DNA from: Nostoc sp.
GTDB taxonomy: Bacteria; Cyanobacteriota; Cyanobacteriia; Cyanobacteriales; Nostocaceae
Assembly: GCA_036918135.1 (NCBI GenBank)
Contig: JBALDB010000008.1
Coordinates: 96,001 to 160,000, forward strand
Reading direction: 5' to 3'
DNA: 64,000 bases
The stretch's first letter is position 1, and each line of letters opens with the position of its first letter. The position numbers and the translations under genes were made by a program. Under the pieces are notes generated by a model. That model saw only the letters and a list, made by a program, of their open reading frames with translations. It ran no database searches and had not been told where the DNA came from. Shown here in pieces: positions 10,068 to 20,713 of this stretch.

Positions 10068-10751
10068 CTAAGGAGATTGTGGGCTATTTGGAATAATTGG
10101 AACGTCTGGTGTTTCGGGTTGTTGTTTTTGACGTTGCAAATATTTACTCAATACATCAGCCATATCGCCACGGGTGACAGGTTTTAATGGGGAAATATTG
10201 TTTTGAGCGTCTGTACTTAGAAAGCCTTCACTTACTACTGTGGCGATCGCTTTTCTCGCCCAAGATGGGATAGACTTTTCATCTGGATATGCAGCAAGAA
10301 TTTCATCAACAGTATCATCAGAAAACTGAAATACGCCATAAGCCTGAGCAAAAATCGCAAAAGCTTCTGCTCTAGTCACTCTTTGATTAGGGAAAAATTG
10401 ATTCCCTCGATAACCTTTCATGATATCAGTTTTTAACACTGTTTGTATATCATTAAATGCCCAATAAGACGCAGGAACATCTGGAATCACTAAATTTTCT
10501 TTGCTAACAGCTTGTCTTTTATCTAAGCGAAATGCTTTGACCATAATTGAGGCTAATTCTGCTCTACTTACTAACCTTTCTGGATAAAAATTCCCATCGG
10601 AGAAATTTGTCATCCATTTGACAGCAACTACCTGTTGAATAGAATCAGATGGTGTTCCAGAAGTCGGTTGTGACACTTGAGCCTGAGCAATTGCTGGCAA
10701 GTTTTGTAGTAGTGCTAATAAAGATAAAGTAATTGAAAGGTGACGCATCAT
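10068..10751 (-). CDS. S-layer homology (SLH) domain protein
   Basis: Signal peptide; three SLH-like motifs (FYPERLVSRAE, FFPNQRVTRAE, PLKPVTRGD). Confidence 0.9.
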   Translation of the reverse strand: MMRHLSITLSLLALLQNLPAIAQAQVSQPTSGTPSDSIQQVVAVKWMTNFSDGNFYPERLVSRAELASIMVKAFRLDKRQAVSKENLVIPDVPASYWAFNDIQTVLKTDIMKGYRGNQFFPNQRVTRAEAFAIFAQAYGVFQFSDDTVDEILAAYPDEKSIPSWARKAIATVVSEGFLSTDAQNNISPLKPVTRGDMADVLSKYLQRQKQQPETPDVPIIPNSPQSP

Positions 10752-10868
10752 AATAAGCTCTTTTAGTCTGAATTTAAAAAACTACGTTATTGAAGTTAAG
10801 GCAAATTTGGTCTTTGTTAGTGACGAATTTAGGTTGGGTAATGTTGCGTATCTACGTAGGGTATGGCT

Positions 10869-10960
10869 TTGATGCTCTACCCGGATAAAAGCCGCGAGAT
10901 TCATGGGCACTGAACTTCCAACTTCCCACGCACATCTTAGAAAGCTCAATTGAGAGGGGT
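10869..10960 (-). mobile_element. Possible degenerate IS200/IS605 right end
   Basis: Minus strand reads GAATCTCGCGGCTTTTATCCGGGTAGAGCATCAA, resembling the subterminal hairpin plus TCAA end of cyanobacterial IS605 elements. Confidence 0.35.
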
Positions 10961-10988
10961 CTTGTCTGCTTTTAGGCAGTGATAAATT

Positions 10989-11456
10989 TTAAAAATTAGG
11001 ACTGTGTTCGGAATCCCAGCACTTCCCATCATGCCAGATTCTACTAGTGTGTTCGCATTCTGATTTATCGTAAATCCAAGGAATTGAAGTAGGGTAATAC
11101 GAGGGAAATATGGGAGTAAGTGAAGAAAATATAGTGTAGCTACAAGTCGATAGAATTATTAGAAATCCTATGAGAAACAGGATATTGGCAGGAGTCCAAA
11201 AATGATATAAACCTTTTTCACAGCGTAAACGCTGTTTAGAGCGACGTTCTGAACCTGCTAGCAACACCACATAAAACCTTAATCCGGGAATTGGCACTGA
11301 AACTCTTATGTCTAAAGGATGACGAGTCCAACCACGAAAGCCAAAACTCCTTTTTATGGCTTCTAATTGCTCTACCGTGAAGGTATTAGCTACTTCCGGG
11401 GCAATCTTAGCGAAAAATTGCTCAAAAGTAGGATCGGTGTACTGCGACTTTTTCAT
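10989..11456 (-). CDS. Conserved hypothetical membrane protein
   Basis: FTVEQLEAIK...HPLDIRVSVP...FYVVLLAGSERRS pattern, one TM, C-terminal Cys pair. Confidence 0.75.
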   Translation of the reverse strand: MKKSQYTDPTFEQFFAKIAPEVANTFTVEQLEAIKRSFGFRGWTRHPLDIRVSVPIPGLRFYVVLLAGSERRSKQRLRCEKGLYHFWTPANILFLIGFLIILSTCSYTIFSSLTPIFPSYYPTSIPWIYDKSECEHTSRIWHDGKCWDSEHSPNF

Positions 11457-11644
11457 AAATTAGTATATTAATATACTAATACTTACATTATTATTTCGTT
11501 TGTTCCGGATATAGAATGTTTTATTTTTTGGAAGTCTCTAATTAAGCAAGTAAAAATCAGCAAAAACTTGTTTTTTAGCTTTCATCTTTTGGTGTTATCT
11601 GACCACTACTATGGACTATAGTCAGTTTTTCAGGAGTTTTGGGA

Positions 11645-12355
11645 ATGACCGCAGCAGCAGATCCCGCAAAGTTGATGAAGCAAGAAGTTGGCAAAGCCGC
11701 CGCCGCCTTAGTAAAGTCGGGTTCAATCGTGGGGTTGGGTACGGGGTCAACAACAGCATACACAATTCAGTATTTGGGCGATCGCCTCAAGTCTGGCGAA
11801 CTTAAAGATATCATTGGTATACCTACCTCGTTTCAGTCAGAAGTGCTGGCGAAGGAGTATGGTGTTCCTCTCGCCACCTTGGACGCTATTGACCACATTG
11901 ATATTGCCATTGATGGGGCGGATGAAGTCGATCCCCAAAAGAATTTGATTAAAGGCGGTGGTGCAGCACATACCCGCGAAAAAGTCGTAGATTATCTAGC
12001 AGAACAGTTTATTGTCGTGGTAGATAGTGGTAAGTTAGTAGACCGCTTGGGTTCTAGTTTCGCTGTACCCGTGGAAGTGATTCCAATGGCAATTACTCCT
12101 GTAACCAATGCCATCAAAAAACTTGGGGGTAAACCAGAACTACGTATGGGTGTCAAAAAAGCTGGCCCCGTAATCACTGACCAAGGCAATTTTGTCTTAG
12201 ATGTCAGATTTGATTCTATTGAAGATCCAGTCAACTTAGAAAAGACGTTGAATAATATTCCTGGCGTTCTAGAAAATGGTATTTTCGTTAACTGCGTCGA
12301 TTTAGTATTAATTGGTGAAGTCAAAGATGGTCAGCCATTAGTACGGCAACTGTAA
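11645..12355 (+). CDS. rpiA: Ribose-5-phosphate isomerase A
   Basis: [26 protein letters not shown] motifs; ATG at 11645 preferred over TTG at 11639. Confidence 0.97.
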   Translation: MTAAADPAKLMKQEVGKAAAALVKSGSIVGLGTGSTTAYTIQYLGDRLKSGELKDIIGIPTSFQSEVLAKEYGVPLATLDAIDHIDIAIDGADEVDPQKNLIKGGGAAHTREKVVDYLAEQFIVVVDSGKLVDRLGSSFAVPVEVIPMAITPVTNAIKKLGGKPELRMGVKKAGPVITDQGNFVLDVRFDSIEDPVNLEKTLNNIPGVLENGIFVNCVDLVLIGEVKDGQPLVRQL

Positions 12356-12509
12356 AAATTTGAGATTTTGGATTTGAGATTTAAAAGGTATTTAAAATCC
12401 AAAACTACGGATGTGTTGCTAATTAAAAAACCACTCTCATTCACTCCGATAATTTATGGAAATGGAGATGGAGAATAGGAACAGATAAGCAACTCCGCTC
12501 AAAACTAAC

Positions 12510-12547
12510 GTGACTTATCTCCTCACTCGAAATAAGTCACCTTTTTT
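12510..12547 (+). terminator. Putative intrinsic terminator downstream of rpiA
   Basis: GTGACTTAT...ATAAGTCAC stem followed by CTTTTTT. Confidence 0.55.
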
Positions 12548-13056
12548 ATAACAGAATGCTGCTTTTAGATGATAAAGCCGTAGTCACACTCTTTAGGACA
12601 CTTAGAAAGGGTGAAAGAAGAGAGTTAGCAATAGTTTTACCTCCTGCCTCCTGCCCTCTGCCTCCTGCCTCCTGCTATAAGTAGGTCAACATTGAAAAAC
12701 ATAATCTAGAATCTTTGCGATTACTTCGCTCCGTTCCACTCGTAATGACATTTGATACTCGTAGACCCTTATTACTTTTTCAAAAGAGTGTTTGAAATCG
12801 TCATTTTGCAAAGATTCTCCGAACGCAAGCAAGAAATGTGCATTACTAATCCCGACGCGATCGCTTTTTTTCAGGTCGGTACAAATTACTACCTTGACTT
12901 CAGACTGGTAGAACCTTCTGGGAATTTTGGCATAAATAACCCTCACGTCTGTAGAACAAGGCAAAGAGCAAAACCAAGAATATTTACACCGATTTCAACT
13001 TGGTGAAGTGACTAAAGCCTGTTTTAGTTCTGAATTCTGCGATATTTTTCTTACTT

Positions 13057-13458
13057 TTAAGGCAAAAACCGATCTAAAGCAGCTTTTAATTGTTCAATTT
13101 CAACTTCCATATTGCCTTCTTTTGCGGCTCTGACAATACATTCGGTTAAATGTTCATCTAAAACAATTCGTGCTACGCGATCTAATGCACCCCGCACTGC
13201 GGCTATTTGTAATAAAACATCAGGACAAGGGCTACTTTGTTGCACCATTGTTTTAATACCGCGAATATGCCCTTCTATCCGTGACAGCCGATTAACAATT
13301 CGCCGTAATGACTCTTCGCTATGGACATGAGGATGACCTAGTTCTCCATGCCCAGGAGTGTGATTTAGATGTTCGTGGTCTGTATCCCGATCGTGAAAGT
13401 GTTCTGCTTGCTGGGATGTTGGCAACGATTCTTTACCTACTCGGTTCGATCCATTCAT
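13057..13458 (-). CDS. inrS: CsoR/RcnR-family metal-sensing repressor (InrS-like)
   Basis: His-rich N-terminus; RLSRIEGHIRGI, C.DVLLQIAAVRGAL, HLTEC. Confidence 0.85.
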   Translation of the reverse strand: MNGSNRVGKESLPTSQQAEHFHDRDTDHEHLNHTPGHGELGHPHVHSEESLRRIVNRLSRIEGHIRGIKTMVQQSSPCPDVLLQIAAVRGALDRVARIVLDEHLTECIVRAAKEGNMEVEIEQLKAALDRFLP

Positions 13459-13514
13459 GGGTAATCAAAGGACTTATAGTACTAAGATCCTAGCCTAGTA
13501 GTTGACGCAAAATT

Positions 13515-13710
13515 GGGGAGATGAGGGAGAAGCATCGGGGCAGGGGCGGCATGCAGGAAGTGTGAGGAGTGTGGGGAGTGTGGGGAGTGTGGGAAGTGTG
13601 GGGAGTGTGGGGAGTGTGGGAGGAAAGATTTCTTCCCCATCTTCCCTATCTTCCCACACCTGCTTTTCTCCCCTCTGCTCCCTGCTCCCGATCTCCCCGA
13701 CTCCCCACTC
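13515..13710. repeat. Purine/pyrimidine inverted-arm repeat built from GGGAGTGTG-like units
   Basis: gtggggagtgt tandem units followed by tcttcccacacc...ctccccactc; same family as 21890-22095 and 23634-23880. Confidence 0.8.
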
Positions 13711-13711
13711 T

Positions 13712-14950
13712 TTACTGACGATTCGCTCTTTCTTGGGGAATAATCTCTGTTATTACCCTACCGCTAGAATTACCACCTTTGACAACAATATTTTCTGTCT
13801 GCAAATTCCCAACGGCTGTTTCGCCGATGAAATTTAATGGTGGGTCAATTTGTCGATAAACTACATTTCCTTGAGCTTCAACTAATTTATTATCTAAATA
13901 CCAAGTTAATGTATTAGATTTTAAAGATTGGCGACGCTGACCAACGGCGTTGACATTACCTGTTAAATAAACCGTTTTTTGTGGTATTTTCATTTCAGCT
14001 TGATTAGCTGTGACGCTGACTTTTTCCACACGCTGGAACATGCGCGTAAAAGACTTTGTGGTGACAGTTTCTGCGTTCATGTTCCAGGTCATAGAGTTAC
14101 TAGCAATTTGTAATGGTGGGTCTAGTAAATCTAATTGGGCATTTTGTTGGACAATGGCAATTTTAGTTTTTAAGTTGACTTCGGCAGAGTTTCCTTTGCC
14201 GCGATCGCTAATTTGATTATTTTTATAACGGTCTATTTGTACGGGGCGATCGGCAATTAATTTTTCTTCTTTAATATTCCAATTTAAATGCTCAGTTCGC
14301 ATTTGCAATTGGGGATCGGCAGAATTTGCTACTACTCCTCCAGAAAATTCTATCCGCTGCTGGCGAGTTTTTACTCGCGCTTCTTGCGCTACTGCTTGTA
14401 GTTGTTTATGAGTACCATTAATTTGGTTGCGGACAATCAACAAATCTTCTTGGGGACGCCATTCTAGTTCATTACCTTGCAAGACAACACCATTTTTCGG
14501 GTCTGTAGCAAGTATTTTACCTTTGAGAAATAGCTGCTTTCCATCTTGTTCAATGTCTGCTACATCCGCTTTGACTTGGTAAACGACTTTGCCATCTTGG
14601 TACAGTTCTCCATAAGGATTTTCAGCCTGACCAATTTGCTTTTCTTTGGTGTATTTTGCCCGTTTTGCTTGGACTTTCCAAATCGGTCGTCCCACTTCAT
14701 CTGCTTGTTCTAAGGTGACATCAAAGAATGTCAATTTACTATCTTGGTCAGATGAATCAGCAGTATTTCCTTGAGAAGCCGTGGGAGATTTTCCCCCACA
14801 GCTAACTAATCCAGTTACTAAAAAAAAGCTCAAAAGCAAAATCAAAAAAGAGGAGAGTCGGGGAGTGAGTGAGAGGGAAAATTTCTCTTCCCTGCCCTCT
14901 GCCCTCTGCCCCGATGCCTCTGTTGCTTTATGATTAAACTGATACTTCAT
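13712..14950 (-). CDS. lptC: LPS export ABC transporter periplasmic protein LptC
   Basis: Lipobox LVSC; beta-jellyroll-like repeats; conserved position after labA with a 4-bp overlap. Confidence 0.8.
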   Translation of the reverse strand: MKYQFNHKATEASGQRAEGREEKFSLSLTPRLSSFLILLLSFFLVTGLVSCGGKSPTASQGNTADSSDQDSKLTFFDVTLEQADEVGRPIWKVQAKRAKYTKEKQIGQAENPYGELYQDGKVVYQVKADVADIEQDGKQLFLKGKILATDPKNGVVLQGNELEWRPQEDLLIVRNQINGTHKQLQAVAQEARVKTRQQRIEFSGGVVANSADPQLQMRTEHLNWNIKEEKLIADRPVQIDRYKNNQISDRGKGNSAEVNLKTKIAIVQQNAQLDLLDPPLQIASNSMTWNMNAETVTTKSFTRMFQRVEKVSVTANQAEMKIPQKTVYLTGNVNAVGQRRQSLKSNTLTWYLDNKLVEAQGNVVYRQIDPPLNFIGETAVGNLQTENIVVKGGNSSGRVITEIIPQERANRQ

Positions 14951-15585
14951 TCTTGGATTTCTAAATGTCCCTCGCTAGTTCTTGGGTCTTCCAAAAATCC
15001 CATACTCGATAGCGGTCGATATGGATAGCTTTGACGAGGGGTTTTTTGAATATCTTCTTTGATCGCTTCTAAATCAATATAGCGATCGCTTACATTAATT
15101 AAGCTGTCACTGGTCATGGAACGCAAACTCACTACCTCTACCCTCACACCACGATAGCTCACAGAATTGACTGCGTATGCCAAATCGCCATCACCGCTGA
15201 CTAAAACTGCGGTATCATAAGAATCGACTAACGCCATCATATCCACTGCTATTTCTACATCCAGGTTAGCTTTTTTAGAGCCATCTGGCAGTTGTACTAA
15301 GTCCTTAGCAATTACTCGATAGCCATTGCGACGCATCCACAGCAAAAATCCCTGTTGCTTCTCGTTTGTCCGGTCTACACCAGTATAGAAAAAAGCTCGC
15401 AGTAGCCGAGAACCTCCAGTTAATCTACACAACAGCTTCGTGTAATCGATTTCAATTCCTAATTGTAGTGCAGCATAAAATAGATTTGAACCATCTATAA
15501 ATATGGCGACTCGACCCCGATTTTCCAAAACTTGTTCTGGTGTAAATATCGAGTCATTTTCTAAATTATTCAACATTGTTGTCAT
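14947..15585 (-). CDS. NYN-domain protein, LabA/DUF88 family
   Basis: IFIDGSNL, KANLDVEIAVDM, LVSGDGDL motifs. Confidence 0.9.
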   Translation of the reverse strand: MTTMLNNLENDSIFTPEQVLENRGRVAIFIDGSNLFYAALQLGIEIDYTKLLCRLTGGSRLLRAFFYTGVDRTNEKQQGFLLWMRRNGYRVIAKDLVQLPDGSKKANLDVEIAVDMMALVDSYDTAVLVSGDGDLAYAVNSVSYRGVRVEVVSLRSMTSDSLINVSDRYIDLEAIKEDIQKTPRQSYPYRPLSSMGFLEDPRTSEGHLEIQE

Positions 15586-15743
15586 ACCTCAGTTTTTATC
15601 CTTGTTATTTTTGATACAAATTACCAAGTTTTACATTCTAGTCACAGCGGTTTATGATAATGATCCGGAGCTAATTAACTTCAGCCCCGATAAATTTTTT
15701 CCAGAGAATTAGAAAATTGAACAAAATTAGAGTTTGATATGGA

Positions 15744-17348
15744 TTAATGGTTTTTTGGGGGTTCTATACGCTTAAAAATTGGTTGGGGTATGCCCAACTG
15801 TTGTTTACTAGATAGTACCCCCCAAGTTGCATGGGTGGCAAAAGGAGCATTAAGCGAACTTTGGGTGCGATCGTTAAAGTTTATTCCGAGGCCCAACTGC
15901 TGATAAATATCGCTACTGATGTTCGGAATAATTGGTGATAGTAGATAAGCTGCTAGTCTAACCGATTCTAGTACTGCGTACAGAACTTTTTCGACTTCCT
16001 GCTGCTGTCCCTGTTTATATAATGACCAAGGAGCTTGTTCATCAATAAACTTATTACTGGCTTGCACCAGTAAAAGGACGGATTCGCAGGCTTGATTGAA
16101 AGCTAGCTGCTCATAGGCTTGTTTTACCTGTTCCCCCAGAGGTAAACCAATTGTTTTTAAAGGATTTTCTTTAGAGATTGTTTCGTTGCCAATTGATGGT
16201 ACATTATTCTGGGCGCAGTATTTTTTGACCATGCTCAAGGTGCGATTGAGCAAATTACCTAATTTGTCTGCCAAATCTGCATTCAGAGAATTAATGAACC
16301 TAACTTCATTAAAATCTCCATCCTTGCCAAATTCGATTTCCTTAAGGAAGTAATAACGAACGGCATCGCTACCATAGCGTTGGACTAACTCTACAGGATC
16401 GAGAGTATTACCCAGACTTTTGCCCATTTTTAGACCATCTTTAGTCAAAAACCCGTGTCCAAATACTCGGTCTGGCAAGGGTAAACCAGCTGATAACAGC
16501 ATTGCTGGCCAGTAAACTGCATGGAAGCGCAGAATATCTTTACCAATTAAGTGCAAATTTATTGGCCACCATGTCTCTAAGGCATTTGCTAAAGTTGGTT
16601 CTGCATCGGGTTCGAGTAATGCAGTTACATAACCAAGTAGTGCATCAAACCAAACATAAAGTGTGTGCTTGGGATCGGTTGGTACTGGAAAACCCCAATC
16701 TAAATTCACCCGTGAAATTGAAAAGTCTTGCAGACCTTGATTAACAAAGCTGAGGACTTCGTTGCGCCGAGTTTCTGGTTGGATAAAATCTGGTTTTAAC
16801 TGATAAAATTCTGTCAGTTTATTTTGATATTTAGATAAGCGAAAAAAATAGTTTTGTTCGTCTCGCCACTCGACTTCTTTATTAGTATGAATTGGGCAAC
16901 GGTGTCCTTCTAAAAGTTCTCGTTCTTCTTTAAATTCTTCACAGGATACACAATACCAGCCTTGTTGTTGTCCTTGATAGATATCACCAGATTTCCATAC
17001 TCGCTCGAAGAATTCTTTAACTATCGCTCCATGACGGGGCGCGGTAGTCCGACTAAAGCGATCGTATTGAATATCAAGCAACTGCCACAAACTCACGAAA
17101 CTAGGCACAATTTCATCGCAAAAATCTTGTGGGGCTTTACCTAAAATTTCTGCCGATCGCTGAATTTTTTGTCCATGCTCATCTGTACCCGTAATTAGTA
17201 GTACCTGATGCCCCAATAGCCGATGAAATCGGGCTACTACATCGGCGGCGATCGTTGTATAAGCGCTGCCTATATGAGGTATATCGTTAACATAATATAG
17301 GGGTGTTGTCAGTGCAAATGTCTTTTGTGTTTTATTCACTAGATTCAT
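15744..17348 (-). CDS. metG: Methionine--tRNA ligase
   Basis: HIGS and KMGKS motifs, GTDEHG, YVWFDAL. Confidence 0.97.
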   Translation of the reverse strand: MNLVNKTQKTFALTTPLYYVNDIPHIGSAYTTIAADVVARFHRLLGHQVLLITGTDEHGQKIQRSAEILGKAPQDFCDEIVPSFVSLWQLLDIQYDRFSRTTAPRHGAIVKEFFERVWKSGDIYQGQQQGWYCVSCEEFKEERELLEGHRCPIHTNKEVEWRDEQNYFFRLSKYQNKLTEFYQLKPDFIQPETRRNEVLSFVNQGLQDFSISRVNLDWGFPVPTDPKHTLYVWFDALLGYVTALLEPDAEPTLANALETWWPINLHLIGKDILRFHAVYWPAMLLSAGLPLPDRVFGHGFLTKDGLKMGKSLGNTLDPVELVQRYGSDAVRYYFLKEIEFGKDGDFNEVRFINSLNADLADKLGNLLNRTLSMVKKYCAQNNVPSIGNETISKENPLKTIGLPLGEQVKQAYEQLAFNQACESVLLLVQASNKFIDEQAPWSLYKQGQQQEVEKVLYAVLESVRLAAYLLSPIIPNISSDIYQQLGLGINFNDRTQSSLNAPFATHATWGVLSSKQQLGIPQPIFKRIEPPKNH

Positions 17349-17724
17349 GCAAAATAAAATCAACTTATTAAAACGTTTTACATCTTATATTTTTTAGCAA
17401 AACCACGTTATTATATAACATTATTACCATTTTTTCCAATAACACCTTAATATTAGCAAATTTCTCCGCTCAGCAATTGTTTGATAATATGCATTAATTC
17501 AGCTTATTTTTGCCTAAAATCCAGAAACTAACTACTAGTTTTGGAAATACTTTTAATGACATATTCTTGTGTTTAGGAATACATATACTCAGAACGCAGA
17601 AAATCCACTTGGCTTTGTATATTCAGACATTTCTATCTTAAGACGGTCATGATAGTAGTAAAGAAATGTAAAAATTAAATTAAGCTAAACTGCCACATTT
17701 ATCGGAAAATATTATTGACGAAGT

Positions 17725-18450
17725 ATGAGTGTAAATACTCCTGAGCTGATTTCGCAAGCTTTGTTGGCGGGGCTTTCAACACAAATGTTTCGCTATTACG
17801 AAAATCGCATTCCCCAAGATGCTAGCGTCTTGGTAGTGAGCAATCACCGCAGCTTTATGGATGCACCGATTTTAATGGCGGCGTTATCGAATCCAATTCG
17901 ATTTGCTTGCCATCACTACATGGGACAAGTGCCAATAATGCGGGAGATTGTTACTAAACAACTGGGGTGTTTTCCTTTGGAAGAAGCCCAAAACCGCCAA
18001 CAAAGCTTTTTTGTGCAGTCACAGATGCTATTGCAGTCTCGGCAGATGGTGGGAGTATTTCCTGAAGGAACAGAACCAATGGTGAAATTTACTGTGCCAA
18101 ACATGGTGGGTGAATTTCAGCGAGGATTTGCTCATTTAGCATTGCGGGCTGATGTGGAGGATTTAGCAATTTTGCCGATCGCCATTGCTTCTTTAGAAGA
18201 AGTAAACACTTCTGGCTTTCCCCTGCGGCTGTTGAGTTTATTCGATCCATCAGAACCTTTATTCAAGCAATCAGGTTGGCATCCTTTGGTAATTTATCGT
18301 CGGGTTGCTGTATTAATTGGTCGCCCCTATTGGATTACTCCTCAACATCAAAAAAGATATCGTGGCAAACAAGCTAGAACTGTTGTGGCAGAAGTAACCG
18401 AACATTGCCACACCGAAGTTAGTAACTTACTGCGTCAAGGTTGCTATTAG
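17725..18450 (+). CDS. Lysophospholipid acyltransferase family protein
   Basis: NHRSFMD (HX4D) and FPEG motifs. Confidence 0.9.
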   Translation: MSVNTPELISQALLAGLSTQMFRYYENRIPQDASVLVVSNHRSFMDAPILMAALSNPIRFACHHYMGQVPIMREIVTKQLGCFPLEEAQNRQQSFFVQSQMLLQSRQMVGVFPEGTEPMVKFTVPNMVGEFQRGFAHLALRADVEDLAILPIAIASLEEVNTSGFPLRLLSLFDPSEPLFKQSGWHPLVIYRRVAVLIGRPYWITPQHQKRYRGKQARTVVAEVTEHCHTEVSNLLRQGCY

Positions 18451-18601
18451 AGCAATCCAATTTTGGATTGCGATCGCGACTTGGAGTCGGCTGTAAGACA
18501 TTTTTTCTTGTTGGTCAAAAGCTGCGTACTTCCTTGAACAACCAACACTCCAAAAGTTTTATACCATTAATTAGTGACCAATGACCAATGACCAATGACC
18601 A

Positions 18602-19429
18602 ATGACTACCCCAGAAGTTGAACTCAAGCCTTGTTTCCTTACACCCAAACGATTACAGCCAGACTATCCGCTGTTTGTATATTTACCAGGAATGGATGGG
18701 ACAGGTCAATTATTGCGATCGCAGACCGCTGGATTAGAAGTTGGCTTTGATGTCCGCTGTTTCGCAATCCCTCGAAAAGACCTCACCACCTGGGATGTGC
18801 TAACGAACAATGTATTAGACTTGATCCACTCCGAACTAGAAAAAAGTTCCTCTAGGCCAGTTTACTTGTGCGGTGAGTCCTTTGGAGGTTGCTTGGCGAT
18901 GAAAGTAGCAATCAAAGCACCGCAGTTATTTAAACGAATTATTTTAATTAATCCAGCTTCAGCCTTTCGACTTCGTTCTTGGTTGAATTGGGCATCGCAA
19001 ATTACTTACTTAGTGCCATCGGGATTATACGATATTGGCGCACTCGGACTATTGCCGTTTTTAGCATCTTTGCCACGGATTTCTCGTGGCGATCGCCACG
19101 AACTGTTAAGAACTATGCGTTCTGTTCCCTCAGAAACCGTTCTTTGGCGATTATCTTTACTGCGGGAATTTGAGATTGATGAGGAGCAATTACGCCACTT
19201 AACGCAACCAGTTTTGTTGATTGCCGGTGCTAGCGATCGGCTTTTGCCTTCTGTGACTGAAGTCAAGCGCATAGCAAATATCATACCAAATACCAAGATT
19301 ATGGTGCTGCCTAATTGCGGACACGCTTGCTTGCTAGAGCAAAATATTAATCTCTATGAAATCCTCAAGGCTAACGACTTTTTAGAAACTAAAGCTGACA
19401 TCATTACAGAGCAAGAGGTAAAAGGATAG
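18602..19429 (+). CDS. Alpha/beta hydrolase
   Basis: LPGMDG, GESFGG nucleophile elbow, GH near C-terminus. Confidence 0.9.
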   Translation: MTTPEVELKPCFLTPKRLQPDYPLFVYLPGMDGTGQLLRSQTAGLEVGFDVRCFAIPRKDLTTWDVLTNNVLDLIHSELEKSSSRPVYLCGESFGGCLAMKVAIKAPQLFKRIILINPASAFRLRSWLNWASQITYLVPSGLYDIGALGLLPFLASLPRISRGDRHELLRTMRSVPSETVLWRLSLLREFEIDEEQLRHLTQPVLLIAGASDRLLPSVTEVKRIANIIPNTKIMVLPNCGHACLLEQNINLYEILKANDFLETKADIITEQEVKG

Positions 19430-19689
19430 GGTGAGGGGCGATCGCATTTTTAAAAGTGCAAATCGCCTATTAGCTATCGAAAGCTATCTAACTTAAAAGC
19501 TCGTATTTGCAAAGCGATCGCCTACAATCAGTTGTATCTAATCATTGTTTGAGAAAATATACAAAAGTTAGCGCGACTCCCGACAAATAGTATTGAACTT
19601 AGATCGGAAAATTTATAATCAGCTCTTAAAATAATTTATTTTTTGTAGTTCCTAAATACTCTCAACTACTCGCAAGATTAGAGAACTTT

Positions 19690-20307
19690 ATGTTATCATT
19701 TGTGCCGCAGGAAATGAAAGACCCTGCTCCTTACCATTTATTGACAAGCGTCGTTGCTCCTCGTCCAATTGCATGGGTGTCTACAATTAGTGCCTCTGGA
19801 ATTCCTAATCTTGCTCCATATTCGTTTTTCAATGCAGTAGCAGGTTTTCCACCAACCATTATGTTCTCAGTCGCATACCACAGACGTGAGCCGAAAGAAA
19901 AAGACACCCTACGTAACATTCATGAAGTTGATGAATTTGTTTGTCATGTGGTGGATGAAACACTGTCTCAGTCAATGGTTCAAACAGGAACAGAATTCCC
20001 CTATGGAGTTAACGAGTTTGAAAAAGCAAACTTAAAAGCTATTCCTGCTACAGATGTCCGACCATTGCGGATTGAAAGCTCACCTGTGGCGATGGAGTGC
20101 AAAGTTACACAAATAGTTCCAGTCGAAGGAACCAATAATGTGATGGTTTTGGGTCGAGTTTTACGATTTCATGTGCGTGAAGACCTATACCGCCAAGATT
20201 TGGGGTTAGTTGATACTGTAAAGATGCAACCAATTACGCGCTTAGGTGGGCCAGTTGAGTATACAAAGATTGGCGAACGATTTGAGATGACAACTCCAAA
20301 GGTATGA
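19690..20307 (+). CDS. Flavin reductase family protein
   Basis: PRPIAWVST, NLAPYSFFN, KDTLRNI, RLGG. Confidence 0.92.
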   Translation: MLSFVPQEMKDPAPYHLLTSVVAPRPIAWVSTISASGIPNLAPYSFFNAVAGFPPTIMFSVAYHRREPKEKDTLRNIHEVDEFVCHVVDETLSQSMVQTGTEFPYGVNEFEKANLKAIPATDVRPLRIESSPVAMECKVTQIVPVEGTNNVMVLGRVLRFHVREDLYRQDLGLVDTVKMQPITRLGGPVEYTKIGERFEMTTPKV

Positions 20308-20713
20308 TGCAATGTTAATTTATCAAATATTTTTTCGTGTTGATTGTTGACTGCTGACTGTTGACTGTTAACCGTCAGCAATCAACGAACTTACGTTTTT
20401 TAATGTTGACCAAATGATTATTAACTCGTAATACTTCGACTGCGCTCAGTACAAGTTCGTAATTTGTAATTTCTGGTACAAGCTGCTAACTTTAGTTATA
20501 CAAATAAATAAATTTTTCCTTCTTTCAAGTCCCCAACTTCAATCGTGGGGTAATAACTACGAATTACGAATTATCAATCACAAATTATCCTCCTGCCTCA
20601 AAATCAGTCAATTTGTACCTCATCCACTTCAAATATGCTGTAAGTTGTACTTGTTGGAAGATGTCAAGCCACTCACACTTTCGCTACAACCAAAAAAAGA
20701 GAGGCTTTACACG

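Noticed and set aside
13502..13837. ORFs such as GSVGSVGSV... (also 21749-22163, 23585-23927, 43457-43723)
   Set aside because: They are translations of G-rich repeats or the tRNA antisense strand.
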